64,000 nt of DNA, taken from contig OX597814.1 of the NCBI GenBank assembly GCA_951406725.2, positions 155,186,001 through 155,250,000 of the forward strand, written 5' to 3'. The notes beneath the pieces were generated by a model. The model was not told where the DNA came from and searched no databases. It worked only from the letters and a program-made list of their open reading frames with translations. Each line of letters opens with the position of its first letter. Position 1 is the stretch's first letter. Below are positions 39,023 to 53,570 of this stretch, one piece after another. Source of the stretch: Octopus vulgaris (Eukaryota). The position numbers and the translations under genes were made by a program.

Positions 39023-39966
39023 TACAAATACTATTACAATTTAACAAGTATTCAGAGTAAATGGGATATTCAGGCAATAAATAGAAAATTATATAATCTA
39101 AGTCGATGTCGCAATGTCAGCTAAGAGAAATACTGATTTATAACATTGGCACAATGTCACAAATGGTGCGTGCGGATAATAAATGGTTAGATACATCGAC
39201 ACTACTTTATTTATCGACCCCTGAAAGATGAAAGGTAAAATTAACTGTAGCGAATTTTGAACCTAGAACATAAAGAGCGACGAAAAACACAGACAGCTAT
39301 TTGTCAACCACTTCCACGATTCTACCATTATCCGATCCTCGTTAAAGGAAATAATATTCAGTTTATTTAGAGATTTTAATAAAAAGTAATTGGGTAATAC
39401 TATTTTAGTATTGTGGGTTTATTTTATTGACCCAGTGAGGATGAATTTAAAGTCGTCCTCGGCGAGATTTGAACTCAGAATGTAAATATCCGCAATTGCA
39501 CAACGCAGAAAGATATCTAGAATCGGATTCTGCTATCCACCACCTTTATTCGTTTGTAATAACGAATAAATATATTGTATTATATCTTAAAGCAAATATT
39601 ATCAGCTGATAATATTTGCTCAGAAGCACTTGAGTGCATTTTTCCATGGCATTATATTTCTATCAAATGAAGATATCACATACATACTGTTCCTGTACAC
39701 AAATCTATATTTTGTTTCGGCAAGTCATTAAATATTAAACATTAAACACTAAGCAATGATAAAGATATGGGTAAAATTTGTGGAGCGGCAGAAAAAGGCC
39801 TTGCCGTATTACGTTACATCCCTTTTGCTAGCATTGAACCATCTACAAAAATTACTTTAAACACAATTAATCTCAGCTTTCAGTATATTAATTTATCTGT
39901 AAATTTAAGTTGCTTCGTTTTTGTGCCTTTTCACTATCATAATTTTCTAATTTATCCAAGATATAC

Positions 39967-40001
<35 letters not shown>

Positions 40002-40533
40002 GTTACAGGAAAGTTCTTTAGTCTAAGGACGCTAAAACTCCGACAGAGTGATAGTATATAAATTAATGAGATATTTTGAATGATGTTCACAACTATGCTT
40101 TCTAAAACAGTTAGTTACCCAGTTACTTTTCTTGTTACAACTTAGTGTAGCAATACTAAAACAATTGTTAGAAGAGGAACCGGAATTTAAAGAGAATAAT
40201 ATCCTAGCAAAAGTAACCCTTACTTGGGCTCTCGATTCCTGGTGAGGTTGTAGAGATACCGCTGTGGCATACAATGCGTAGCTCAAACCTCTTCAGGTAT
40301 GATCTCAGCCAATTCCTTTCAGAAAGATACAGAAACACACTGAAAGAAGGGCAGAGACAAAGAGAAGAACCAAACCCAGGACATTAAGAGTACTTTATTT
40401 ATCGATTACGGAGAGTGCAAAGAGCCGCAATGTCGTATGGATTAGCACGAGGTAATCTATCCAACATTTCAACGACTCAGGAAAGTAATCATCTAACTAA
40501 TACTAGTATGGAAAACTGATGTAAAAACGAATG

Positions 40534-40569
<36 letters not shown>

Positions 40570-41328
40570 TGTGTGTGTTTGTGTGTGTGTGTATGTGTGT
40601 GTGCATGTGTGTGTGTGTTTGTGTGTGTGTGTGTTCGTGTGTGTGTGTGTGGGTGTGTGTTCGTTAGTGTATACGTTTGAAGGATATAAACATGAGTAAA
40701 ATAACTAAAATACAAGACGTTTACGAACAGTATCCACTGGAATGTTTGTTCTGCAACGTGTTATAATCATTCTCTTGTTTCTTTCCCTGTCTGTCTGTCT
40801 CTCTCTCTGTGTGCCTCTCTCGGTCTGTCTGTCTGCCTGTCTCTCACTCTCTCTTAAAACATACAGAAAGCTTGTGGATAAGTCATTGGAAATTCAACAA
40901 TTCCGGTACATAATAAATAATTTTATGAAATAGTCTACAAAATTACCAAGGTTGAGGTCGTTGACTGCATTGCTAAATATGCAAATTAAAGCATATAAAC
41001 AATCATAAAATCTGCAAGGGATTATAAATCCCTTCGCTTTGATGAATTTTGTTGAAATATATAACCAGTTACACATATTTAACGAGAAACATACGAGTAT
41101 GCTTTTTCTTTATGTATGGAACCGTTACACATATTTGACCGTTAGCAGTTTCCAGCAACTAGGAGAATAATTGATTAATATAGTACACGCATTACCAACG
41201 AAACATTAACCAATTTCCTTGGTGACACGTTTCATTTGATGTTGACGTCAAAAATAAATTTTTAATTTCCATTCCGCAAGCTATGCACACTTATACATTC
41301 AAATACTTATAAACATACACACTGCTAA

Positions 41329-41367
<39 letters not shown>

Positions 41368-41467
41368 TTTCTTTTCATTATATATGCGCATACATATGGA
41401 CGCACGCACGCGCGCACACACATGCACATCTCGCATATATGTATGTATCTATATGTACGTATATGTA

Positions 41468-41505
<38 letters not shown>

Positions 41506-41529
41506 TACATACATAGATACATACATACA

Positions 41530-41590
<61 letters not shown>

Positions 41591-42180
41591 TTGACATGGG
41601 TGATTGTTTTTTGTTTTAGGATTCACGGTCAAACGGCTGGGTGGAATTGCGTGAAAAATTACACAGATGTGTAGAATGATCCGGTGGTGTTGCTTGGCTT
41701 TGTATCTTTTCATACCTCTCATGGTTACCGAGATAATCTACTATAATAATACTCTTGTGTTTTTCAATGAGAAAGGAAGGGGTAATAGATGAATACGGAA
41801 GGAAGGGGACAATGTCATACTTGGTAGTGTGATGATGAAAATTGTATGCTGAAAAAATAAATCATACAGCGTTTCAACTCTGGGTGAATATATGTGTGCG
41901 TATGTAAAAGGGGGTATGTGAATGTGAGTGCGTATGCGCGAGCAATGGAAGTGGGATGGTTCATCTTTGTTCGCTTAGTATTTGTGTTTATTTTTTGATT
42001 TGGTTGAATTTTGGTTGTGTTTTTTTTGTTGGTCAGTTATTTTTAGCTTTTTGACAAAAAAAAGTCATTCTAAAATTGTTTTTTAACGTAAGTGTGCCCA
42101 AGCAAGTCGAATGCTTACACAGAGCAGGTTTTACAGCGACATCATCCAAACCGACCGGGTGAAACCGGGTTTAGCTGTTA

Positions 42181-42234
<54 letters not shown>

Positions 42235-45200
42235 ATATATATATATACAACTTATAAACAAGGGCTTTTGCCCTTGTTTATAATTTTAACCATTAAAGGT
42301 ATTTTAATATGCTGCCACTTTTTGATGAAATTTTTTCTATAAAAAACTTCATCCTATATTAGTAGTATGTATATATATATATATATATGCATATATTCAC
42401 ACACATACACCCACACATGCACACACACGCACACACACACACATATATATTGTGTGCGTACGCGCGCGAAATGACTAAGGTTATTAATCAAAAGTCGAAA
42501 GAAATAAAGTTCTGAGGTCAGAAATTTGCCACGTGATTTAGAATTCAATGCTTTTCATAACGTGTCAGAAAGGTTTTTTTTTTTTTAAAACTTCCTGAGA
42601 AAGAATTGAAGCATTTGATAACAGGTTGAGAATCATTCAACACATGAAAAATTATATTGATGTCATTACAAGTGTGGCCTATAAAGAGATGACGACGCTT
42701 CAGATTTCAAATACCCCAATCTGAGTACCTCTGACACTTAAAAAAAAAAAATAATAAAATAAAAAATATTAAACAAATTTCGAGAAGTTTAATAGTTAAT
42801 GCATGACTTATAGAAGTGAAAATGGATTGGCATTGCTCTCAACAACAAACCCAACCTTAGACCATTACGTTAAGTAGAATAGCTTTTCTAAGCATAAGCA
42901 CCTTATCATCACATGTAACCACATTTAGCAAGTGTTGTGGAATATTTTCATTCAGTTATTACTATGAAAATAAAATTAAGTACTGACTAGAAATAATTAA
43001 TGGAGGTACTAAATATACACGATTACTCTGTTATATTGTAATAGAACTGGGGATTTATCATCTCTGTGAAAACTAGTGTAGCACGAAAGTTATATTCTTT
43101 CTTAAAAAGAAGTATTTTGCGAGCGGCCACACACTATGCTGATTAACAAAATCAATGTACAATGAGTCTCATCTGAATTAAGAACGCGCGTTATCAAGAA
43201 TACCAGTACATACTGAGAAAAGACTAAGATCTAACTAAACTCACATACAACTGAAAGAGAAAGTAGCTGTTCTCGGAAAGGGAAAGTTGCTGCATACTGC
43301 ATGGCATATGCTGATAAGATCAACAAAGAAATTGATAGATCATGCGTGCATGTGTTAGTGTATATACAATCATACACATATATAAGACAGAGGGGTTGGA
43401 TGAAAAAATGTAACGTAACTCACGATAATGATATAATTCGGAGTAAAGAATGAAACAGCTGTAATCTCTACGGAAATATCAAAGTTTTTTGCCGCTCACA
43501 CTTCGTCATTTTGCTTACACGCACCCTCACACAGACACAGACACACACAGACACAGACACACACACACACACATACAGGCACGCTCTCTCTCTCACACAC
43601 ACACACACGCTCACACACATACACACATACTCATATATTATATTAGTTGTATACATGCATATATACATATATATGCATACTTATATGTGAGTCTATGTAT
43701 GTTGTGTTTTTGTGTGCGTGTGTTTGCAATTACTTACATTGTCTTTTTACCAGTCTGCGAGCAGGAACATAGTTGATGCAAAGCAGAAGTCCTACAAGAA
43801 TGAATGTTTGCTGGAGCAAACCCATCTTTGGACTGGAAGGAAAAGTAAATAATATTTCAATAAATTAAAAGAAGAAAACGCAACATAAGTGATAGCAATA
43901 GAGTATCAATTCCAATAAATACTTGTATTTCAAGATCTTTAAATATGAATTATATTACTACTCCTTACATATAAAATTGGTATTAAATGAGGTTAGGAAA
44001 TTTAATTATACAATAAATACTACAAATATTCTTCTGATGGTGGTCTGTTCGTACAACAATTAGGATTTAGTTGAAAGTAATGAAGGTAATGGTGATGGTA
44101 ATGATAGTTGTGATAATGATAATGCTGTTGGTGATGTTATGGATGATTATGATGGTGTCTAATATACACACGAGAGAAAATTGCTGATTATAAAGTCCCC
44201 ACTGTTTTTGTTTTTTCTTGCCCTCTCAAGGATGCAATCTAATGTTGATCTTAAGAGAATTTGAATTCAGAATGCAAAAGGACGCAACTAAAAACGTTTT
44301 GTTCATCGTTGATTTTTTTGTTGATTTTTTTGTTGATTTTTCTATTTAATACTTCCCACGAGGATGATGCTAATGTAAAAAAATATAAAGGAGATAAATA
44401 ATTCATAATGTTTACTCCTTTCTTCACAACATGAGTATAGAGAAACAGCTTTAATTTGGGAAACGAAACAGTTGCTCACGTAGCTCAATATAGTCAACTT
44501 CTTACTAGCTTATGAAATATTCCTGAGTTCTATTGCACTTTTTTGTATTTTCATGTTTAATATTAAATCAGTTATTCTTAATAATAACAGGTAGGGAGCA
44601 ATCTGTTCAGTAGAATCTGGTATATTACGGTTATTTATTCTTCAAGTAATGCTGGAATGTGAGGTCTCAGTAATTACTGAAAGAATACAGTACGAATTAT
44701 GGTAAAGCCAGAATAATCCCATTCTACATATATCTCGTATTGTATTATCTATTGAGTGACGAAGCAGAAGCACTCTTGAACGATTTTGTAATTGTGTCCT
44801 CTCTATATATTCTATATCGCAGGAAATATTTGTCCAGTACCAATAACTTCGTGCTGTTGTGGTTTAACCTCCAGTCGGTCACCCCAACTGAGTAAAGCTA
44901 TGATAAAATGTTTTCTATAGAGGCAATGCAGTCTTGCTTTCCTAGATATCGTGTGTGCACCGGAGTATTTTGTCGAATGTGCCTTTTCCTAGATTCTTTC
45001 GTAGACCGAAAAATAGTTCTTGAGGAAGCATTTGACGGCAGTTTAAGACCCTCCCTCGCTGACTCGGTTGTGTAGCTCTTACTCTTTAAAACTACATCAG
45101 TCATGATCGAGTAGAAGAAAGTCCAGCCGTGACCATCCTGTCTTTTTCAGTAGATTGTAGGATGTAATTCGAGTGAGATGTGGTGGTTGTTTCTAATAGA

Positions 45201-45237
45201 TCAAATGATCAAGATGAGATTCTTACATCTCCTTGTT

Positions 45238-45314
<77 letters not shown>

Positions 45315-46538
45315 ATGTATGTACATGTAAGTATGCAAGTTTCAGTAAGTGGCTGTCATTTTGTTTCGCATCCAGGATTATCTTTGTTGAAGGTAAAAAT
45401 AATTTGTGATACATACCTTTTAGTGTGGTCCACTCGAATGCTTGATTTGGTGGCAAACTTTCTTTGTTATATAGGCTTAGTGCCACGTGACCTGCTTGAG
45501 AAAAATATGTGAAAAGCGAGAAGAGCGAGAAAAGAAGAAAATATGGAAACAAGAGAAACATAGAGAGTAAGAGAGAGAGAGAGAGGGGAAGGGAGAGGGA
45601 GAGAGAATAATGCGGAAGAAAAGGAACTAAATGGGAAAGGAGAGGGAGAAAGGGAGAGAGAGCATGGGAGATATAGTTAACGAGAACAAAGATATACTAA
45701 GAATTAACGTACATGGAATAGATTGAAAATGGAATAATATAAAGAGATAGAAAAGCAAAATTGAAAAAACAAGCGAAGAAGAGAGAGAGAGAGAGAGGGG
45801 GGGGAGTGATTAAAAATAGTGATTAAATAAGGGTAGATAACAAAATTATAGAAAAAAAAAATGTTAAGCCTGTGGTGCAGTGTGAGGGGAAAAGATACAT
45901 CCCCGAAATAAAATAAAACATTAAAAACAAAAAAAAAAAACCCAAATAATTTTTTTTGTGTAATTTGAAACTACAAAAGGTTTTCCTTTGGAGCAATGAT
46001 ACCAACCATCTCTGCCACCACTCTCCTAAGATCTCTGTTCCACTTCTCCCCTACCCCCCGGTGCTTCAAGAATGTATCTAATAGACGAGAAACAAATGTT
46101 GCCATTAGCTAATTAACTCCCAAATGAAGGTCTTGTTTGTTCAGCGTCGACTAGAAAATGCACTGATTGTTTGCTGTACGGCTAATCCAATTTCTTAGCG
46201 TCCTGTCGTCAAAAATCCGGTTGGAAAGCCACTGAGCAGACTAAGCAACACCCGTACCACAGTTAAGGTATTCGCCAGGTGCGTCCATCCCCAAGCTGAC
46301 AGTTGCTGGTCTTTTACGTTGACATTACATACCGTTTTAATCCTGAAGATATTACGTTACACGATGATGTTATTTGATTAGACACCGACATAAAATACTT
46401 TTATCGCACTAATCATTTGGTTTAAAGTGTCATATACAGGAGAAGTGAGTTTACATACATGCATACATACACACAGACACATATGTGTGTGTGCATGTAC
46501 GTGCGTGTATATATACATGTGTGTGTATGTACATACAT

Positions 46539-46604
<66 letters not shown>

Positions 46605-46909
46605 GTACACATACAAGCCTACCCACACATATGTATAATTAGAATTATACATATCCACACACAAACACACACACTTATTTGTATGTTTGTATATTTATGT
46701 GTGTATATATAACTGCCCAAAGCATGAATATTAACTAGAGAATGCTGAATAATGCAATATTTCGCCTACTAATTTACTAATTTCGCCCTAAAATCCAATA
46801 GGTGTTGTTTAAAATGTAAATTCAACAGACAGTATTAACGGAATCACATGTTCAATTTACATGAACTTGATAATCAACACTGATTAGTCTCGTTAATTAT
46901 TTTTTAGTT

Positions 46910-47082
46910 ATTTGATTGCGGTCATGCTGGGGCACAGCCTTGAAGGGCTTTACTCTTACAAATCGACCTCGGGACTTTTTAAAGCCTAATACTAATTTTA
47001 TTGCTGAACCGCTAAGTTACGGGAACGCAAAGACACCAGCATCGGTTGTTGAGCGATGGTGGGGGATAAACACAGACAGAAA

Positions 47083-47125
<43 letters not shown>

Positions 47126-47210
47126 GACGGGCTTCTTTCAGTTTCCGTCTACCAAACCCACTCACAAGGCTTTGGTTGATCCGAGGCTATAGTAGAAAAC
47201 ACTTGCCCAT
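46910..47210 (-). mobile_element. CORE-type SINE, 5'-truncated inverted copy
   Basis: Reverse complement of the 9037 family (cttctttcagtttccgtctaccaaa, acacttgccca). Confidence 0.8.
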
Positions 47211-47526
47211 TCATTCATACTTTTCGTTCACCCAGTTGCACTTTCAGGGGTTGATTAAACTCGTGGTTAAAGTAGAAGACACGTATCTTAGGTGGTTCCC
47301 ATAGGGGGATCGAACCTGAAAACGCGTAGTTGCGAAGCAAATCTCCTCTTCGCTACACAATCATATTATGCTGGTCAATTTTCGTCTGCCACTGATTTTC
47401 TGTGCTTTATTATCATTATAATACATCAGCGTTAAGTGTGATATACAGATTGCTGTACAAATCTACTTCAGTCGCTAATATCTAAAATAATATATATACA
47501 TACATACATATATGTATGTGTGTGTG

Positions 47527-47600
<74 letters not shown>

Positions 47601-47605
<5 letters not shown>

Positions 47606-48455
47606 ATTCTCTAAATTATAGACAGTGACTGCTCCATAATATAAGGGAGTGACTATAAGAGATATAGACAGTGACTGCTCCATAATATAAGGGACATTAG
47701 CCAACTGAATATGGCTAGGGACAGGGCAGGGTGGTGGGGGTGTCACTGTTGCGTTTAGCCCCAGGCGAACATCAACGTCACCAGATAGGCCGACGCCATC
47801 ACGGCGTCCTCTATCTTGCAAAGGGAGATCATTCCCCAAGAAGCGGATGCCACACACGGACCTAGGTTTCAAGGTGTATTGCCTATTATCAACGTGTGGT
47901 AGGCACCGCTTCTCGACGAATGACTCACCGTGCAAGATATATATAAAGATTTTCAAGTAAATACATTTACTGATTTCGAAAATCTGTTCGACAGCAATAA
48001 TAATTCTCTAAATGAGATATAGACAGTGACTGCTCCATAATATAAGGGACATTAGCCAACTGAATATGGCTAGGGACAGGGCAGGGTGGTGGGGGTATCA
48101 CTGTTGCATTTAGCCCCAGGTGAACATCAACGTCACCAGATAGGCCGACGCCATCACGGCGTCCTCTATCTTGCAAAGGGAGATCATTCCCCAAAATCTT
48201 TATATATATCTTGCACGGTGAGTCATTCGTCGAGAAGCGGTGCCTACCACACGTTGATAATAGGCAATAGACCTTGAAACCTAGGTCCGTGTGTGGCATC
48301 CTCTTCTTGGGGAATGATCTCCCTTTGCAAGATAGAGGACACCGTGATGGCGTCGGCCTATCTGGTGACGTTGATGTTCGCCTGGGGCTAAATGCAACAG
48401 TGACACCCCCACCACCCTGCCCTGTCCCTAGCCATATTCAGTTGGCTAATGTCCC

Positions 48456-48460
<5 letters not shown>
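47601..48460. repeat. Local direct plus inverted triplication of a GC-rich unit between (TA)n arrays
   Basis: 47686-47953 inverted at 48193-48460; partial direct copy about 47998-48192; near-identical copies. Confidence 0.92.
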
Positions 48461-48509
<49 letters not shown>

Positions 48510-48519
48510 ATGTGTACAT

Positions 48520-48698
48520 AGGAGTGGCTGTGTAGTAAGTAGCTTCCTTACCAGCCACGTGGTTCCGGGCTCAGTCAGACTGCGTGGCACCTTGGGAAAG
48601 TGTCTTCTATTATAGCCTCGGGTCGACCAAAGCCTTGTGAGTGGATTTGGTAGACGGAAACTGAAAGAAGCCCGTCATATATTTATATATATATATAT

Positions 48699-48776
<78 letters not shown>

Positions 48777-48980
48777 TTGTGTGTCTGTGTCTGTGCCCCC
48801 AACAACGCTTGACAACCGATGGTGGTGTGTTTACGCCCCATAAACTAGCGGATCAGCATAAGAGACCGATAGAATAAGTAATAGGCTTACAAAGAATAAG
48901 TCCGGGGGTCGATTTGCTTGACTAAAGGCGGTGCTCCAGCATGGCCGCAGTCAAATGACTGAAACAAGTAAAAGAATAAA
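48520..48980 (+). mobile_element. CORE-type SINE, second full copy
   Basis: Colinear with 9037-9448. Confidence 0.85.
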
Positions 48981-49018
48981 GGCGTATATACACATATATA
49001 CACTTATATACACACATA

Positions 49019-49300
49019 CAATAATTATAACGATAGAGAATATAGAGAGTGGTACATCCTCAAAATTTATTTCATTTTATTTTACAATGTTACACAGCAT
49101 ATATTTTTGGTTACAACTACCTACACGTGTTTTCGCTGCACAGAGTAAGAGCAGCTGCGTATGCAACCAATCATTATTTTCTGTGCAGCTTCGTTCAGGG
49201 TCTTTTAACCAGCTTGGCTCAAAGGATGACATTGTAAAATAAAAGGAAATAAATTTTGAGGATGCATTAGTCTCCATATTCTCTTTCGTCATAATTATTG
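49019..49300. mobile_element. Foldback MITE with about 70-bp inverted arms
   Basis: ataattat.acga.agagaatat.gaga...catcctcaaaatttatttc.ttttattttacaatgt present in both orientations; also visible as SSKFISFYFTM in the paired +/- ORFs. Confidence 0.8.
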
Positions 49301-52029
49301 CAAATATACCATCAAGTGAAGCGAACACAGAATTATCCATCGAAGAAATTTGCAGCGTGAGTGACAGTTCCTAGTAGTCATAGACGTTAAATACTAATCG
49401 ATGCAGTTAGCTGTACCCCACCCGGAACATGAGAGCTATCACGGTATTCAACCGTAAAACTCTCTCTCTCTCACTCACACACACACGCACACACATGCAT
49501 ACACACATGAATTTCGTTTTAGATGATATGATGTTGCTTGAAAGAGATTTGGTTGCTACTTTTAGCTAGTTTAACGACAATACCTTCATTTATTTTAAGT
49601 ACTTATTGGCATACCATCGTGTCTGTTTTTGCGCAGAAAGCTCGGTTCAATTCGCCTATTCCTCGCTTCTTGAGTGGCAGATCTAATCCATCACCTGGTT
49701 AAATAGATACGGTTTGTTGCAAGCATGTGAACTAGGGTGACGTTCTTTTTCCCGCTCATCAGTTTTGAAATCCTTGATTGGACGCCACCTTTTCTCCTTC
49801 GGTTTAATATTTACCCATTCTTTTACATCAGTATTTGGCTATAACTTAATCATAGGAAGAAGAACATTGTCCATGATGCTTTCGTGGGGTTTCTGTGATT
49901 AGTTTGGAAAGGTATTGGACCACGACTCATGGTTTATCCTAAATCCAAAGACCTGGTCGAAATCCTTTCAGCAAAATGGATACCATTAAAGGCCCCAAAT
50001 GCCTAGGAAGTGGTGTTGATCCATGTCATACAGTCCATTTCTGAGGCGTCCACACAGGTTCTGCCTTTGTACTTGAACTTATAAGTCTTGGGTAGTTCCG
50101 AAATTATGGTAGAAGACACTTGCTGGAGACGTCTCACGTTTGGATCAGACATGGAACAACAGATCTGCAGAGTGAACTCCTTAACTGCTCCGCCCTACTC
50201 AATTCGATACTGAGTAGAGAGAGAGAGAAATTTTGTTTAATTCTATCTTATCATGTCACGTGTCCTTTCATACCTAATTATCCTCTCCTAAGTAGGAGGT
50301 AAATCGGAGTTGTTCATATTCACATTTTGTGAGGCAAAAAAAAGACTGGGGGCTGCACCATAGGCATAATTAAGAATACCTTATACAATAATAGTTTTAT
50401 AATTGTTTTTAGTTTTGACAAGATCTGCTCTTTTGAGTGGAGGAGTATTAGTTGTGACGACACCAGTACTTAACTGGTATTGACCCCAGAAAGATGAAGA
50501 CCAAAATTGACCTCAGAAGGATTTGTACTCAGCCAGTAAACTGTCTGAAGAAATACCGCCAGGAATTTTTACCTACTCTAACGATTCTGCTAGCTCACTG
50601 CCAGCTTAACAACACTGGACACATGTTCTTGTTGTTCTTGTTAGCATTTCAAGCCTTGACTTTCCAGACTTTTTAGGACTTTAATCTTCAATGTATTTTT
50701 CTTTTTTTAAGGTGTAATGAGGGAGTTTTAAGGTGTAATGAGGGAGTTTTGACTGCTATTTCGAATCGGTCAAACTTCTTGGTTGAAGCTCCCGCATTGG
50801 CTAGTGAAATACCGTTGTACAATATTGAATTTTGGTGTATACTGTGATGTATTTTTCACAGCGTGAATATAATGAAATGTTTTCGTCTCTTTTGAAGAAA
50901 TTAAAATGTTTTCTAATAATGTTTGTGTCTTTATGTCTCCTCTGTACCCTGAAACACGCTGAAAACGAAAAATTGCCTCGAATGATTGCCAAAAACTGTT
51001 AAGCGGCCAAAATAATGAATGAGATGCCGCTTCACTCACCGTCTCAAATAACTTTGCCTCGATGGCGTTGATAAAAATAGCCTTCTTCAATTTACAGTCG
51101 GAACCATGTTTTGCTTTTTACTCCATCATCACCGTTTCAAAGATATATTTAGTACCCACTCGTAATTGTGCCTGCTTCAACCAGTCTACATCGCGACATT
51201 CGATGGGCGGATCGTAATTTCTAAGATGTGGCTATTAACGAAAATATCGGTGACATTCGCATCAGAGGGACACGTCAATCGGTAGCATACAGAAATGGTC
51301 ATCGTATCCCGGCTTCTACTATCGCTACAGAATTAAGGGATCGTTTGATTACATTGTTTATTTCCATTTAGCTGGGCCATGTCACTGTACGAAGAAGTAC
51401 GAGATAGGATGATTTCTTCTGCACCGATCTCTTTAACGCTTTAACCATTTAGCATTTAGACAGGCTCTATCTAGCCCAATTATTCAACCTGTTTTATATT
51501 CAAACTGCCAAGGTGTGACCCCGTGTACCTATCTTGCAATGTCATTCTAAAAATAAACAATCACATCATCAAAATCTCAAAGCTACGAGGTGATGCATGA
51601 CTAATTCAAGACATTGCGAATAAATAAGAACTAAATTTAGCAGGGTAATCTGAACGCTAAATGGCAAATATTCGCTAAAAGTCAGAAACCATATTAACTC
51701 GATAGACTTTGTGGTCCAGCTTAATACCACTCGAAGAAGCCGGAAGCAAATTGAGCTTGGTACTGCCTGTGGCTCACATGCGACAAATTTTGTACATCGT
51801 CAACTACACACTGCATGTGACTTTCAGCAACTATTTCATTCCAATTTAATTGCTTCTTTTTCGATGCTTGAATATTTAAGATACCAAATCGAATCCTCTG
51901 TTTATATAAAACAGATAGCATACTATTTACAAATGAAGAGGTTCCTGATGTAATGGAAACGATACGTCCAGCAAATGTTACAATAGCATCTAATGCTGAG
52001 CTATATGATAGGAGTGCAAGGCCAAACCA

Positions 52030-52636
52030 TCTTCATAGCCGCCATCAGAACTAATCATATTAAACTTCGATTCATTGCTAAAATGAATCTGTGACCACTG
52101 TTCTTCTGTTCAAACGACAAGACGAGCTCTTTGATTCTTTTTGGAGATCAGAGGTTTCTTTGCCAGTGCTCGAGCAAGCAACCCAGGACCTCGTAACCCC
52201 CGAGAAACTGTTTTGTGCGATAATTTGACATCGGAAGTGGATCTAAACTTGCGGGATATCTCAGCAGCGCTCTTAAACCTATCCTTCAGTGACGGTCTAA
52301 CCATAATACGATCCTGTCTTGGTGAGGTTTTACGAGGTCTACCGGATTTTTAGCTTAGCATCTGTCGATTCTGATGACTTAAACCGAGCTACAATTCGTT
52401 GCACAATACATCGCTATCAAAGAATCTGACTTGACCTCTTGGTGAAAGCACACAATCCTTTGTTTTTCATCACAGGACACCAGTCGTCTCTCACTAGCGG
52501 CCGTGTTGACATTGAATGTTCCAATAAGGTAAGATCGTAAGAAATAACTGTTAGGCCATAAACAATCTTCTAAACAACTACTACCTCGGTTAGTAATTAA
52601 TTTCTTTTGAGTGACTCTTAACTTTTGGCCACTGCA
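52030..52636 (-). mobile_element. Tc1-like transposon 5' half
   Basis: KSGRPRKTSPRQDR, KTVSR.LR..GL.AR...KKPLISKKNQRARL, W..IHFS.ESKFN...SDG; TIR-like end CAGTGGCCAAAAGTT at about 52635. Confidence 0.85.
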
Positions 52637-52880
52637 ATTTTGAAGATTGTTGGTTTATTTCCTCATAACTTACAAAATATTTAGATGTATCTAAATATGT
52701 GTAAAATATCTAGTCTCAACGTTTTGTTAATCTTCTATAATAACTATTTCAATGCACTTGTTCTTCGCTACTGTAGATACCACGAAGCGAAGCAGTTCTT
52801 CAACATGACATGAGATATACGTTCAAGTATTTCAGTCAGTCAGTCATTCATGTGATTGTTTCACCATCGAGAGTGAGAGA

Positions 52881-52921
<41 letters not shown>

Positions 52922-52927
52922 AGAAAT

Positions 52928-53004
<77 letters not shown>

Positions 53005-53570
53005 AGGAAAGAGGGGAAGAAGTGAGAGGTGTTGTCTAATGCTATTAACTGGGAAAAGTCAAGTTGAGAATTTTAAGATTCCCGTCTGATGTTACATGAA
53101 TGTGAACAAGACATTAATCAAATTTATTCTTGGGTGTTATACACCACATGAAGGCCCGTTTAGATGCTCATGGTTTTTTTTTCTAAAACAATTAGCAGCA
53201 AGAGTGAGTGACCCGCTCATATTGTTGTCGTTCAAGTTTAATGGAATGTACGCGCCTTCAAACACACACGCGCGCGCGCAGACACACAGATTTCTATGTG
53301 TATATGCAGTTGATATACATGTTCATGTGTGAGGGCGCATGGGCTAGTGGTTAAGATATTGCACTCTGTCGCGATATCGTGATTTCAATTCCTGGACCGA
53401 GTGGTGCGTTGTGTTCTTAAGCAAAACACTTCATCTCACGTCATCCATGAAAGTTTACCGATTCAATATTGAGTTCGAAATAACAACGCACTGGAGAAAA
53501 CAACACACTAATGACGCATAAATATATACAAGACAATTCACCACTCATAGAGAATAGTTTTATATATTAA

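Noticed and set aside
47468-48510. Repeated ORF peptides LGNDLPLQDRGRRDGVGLSGDVDV
   Set aside because: Produced by the local triplication; no splice or domain evidence for coding.
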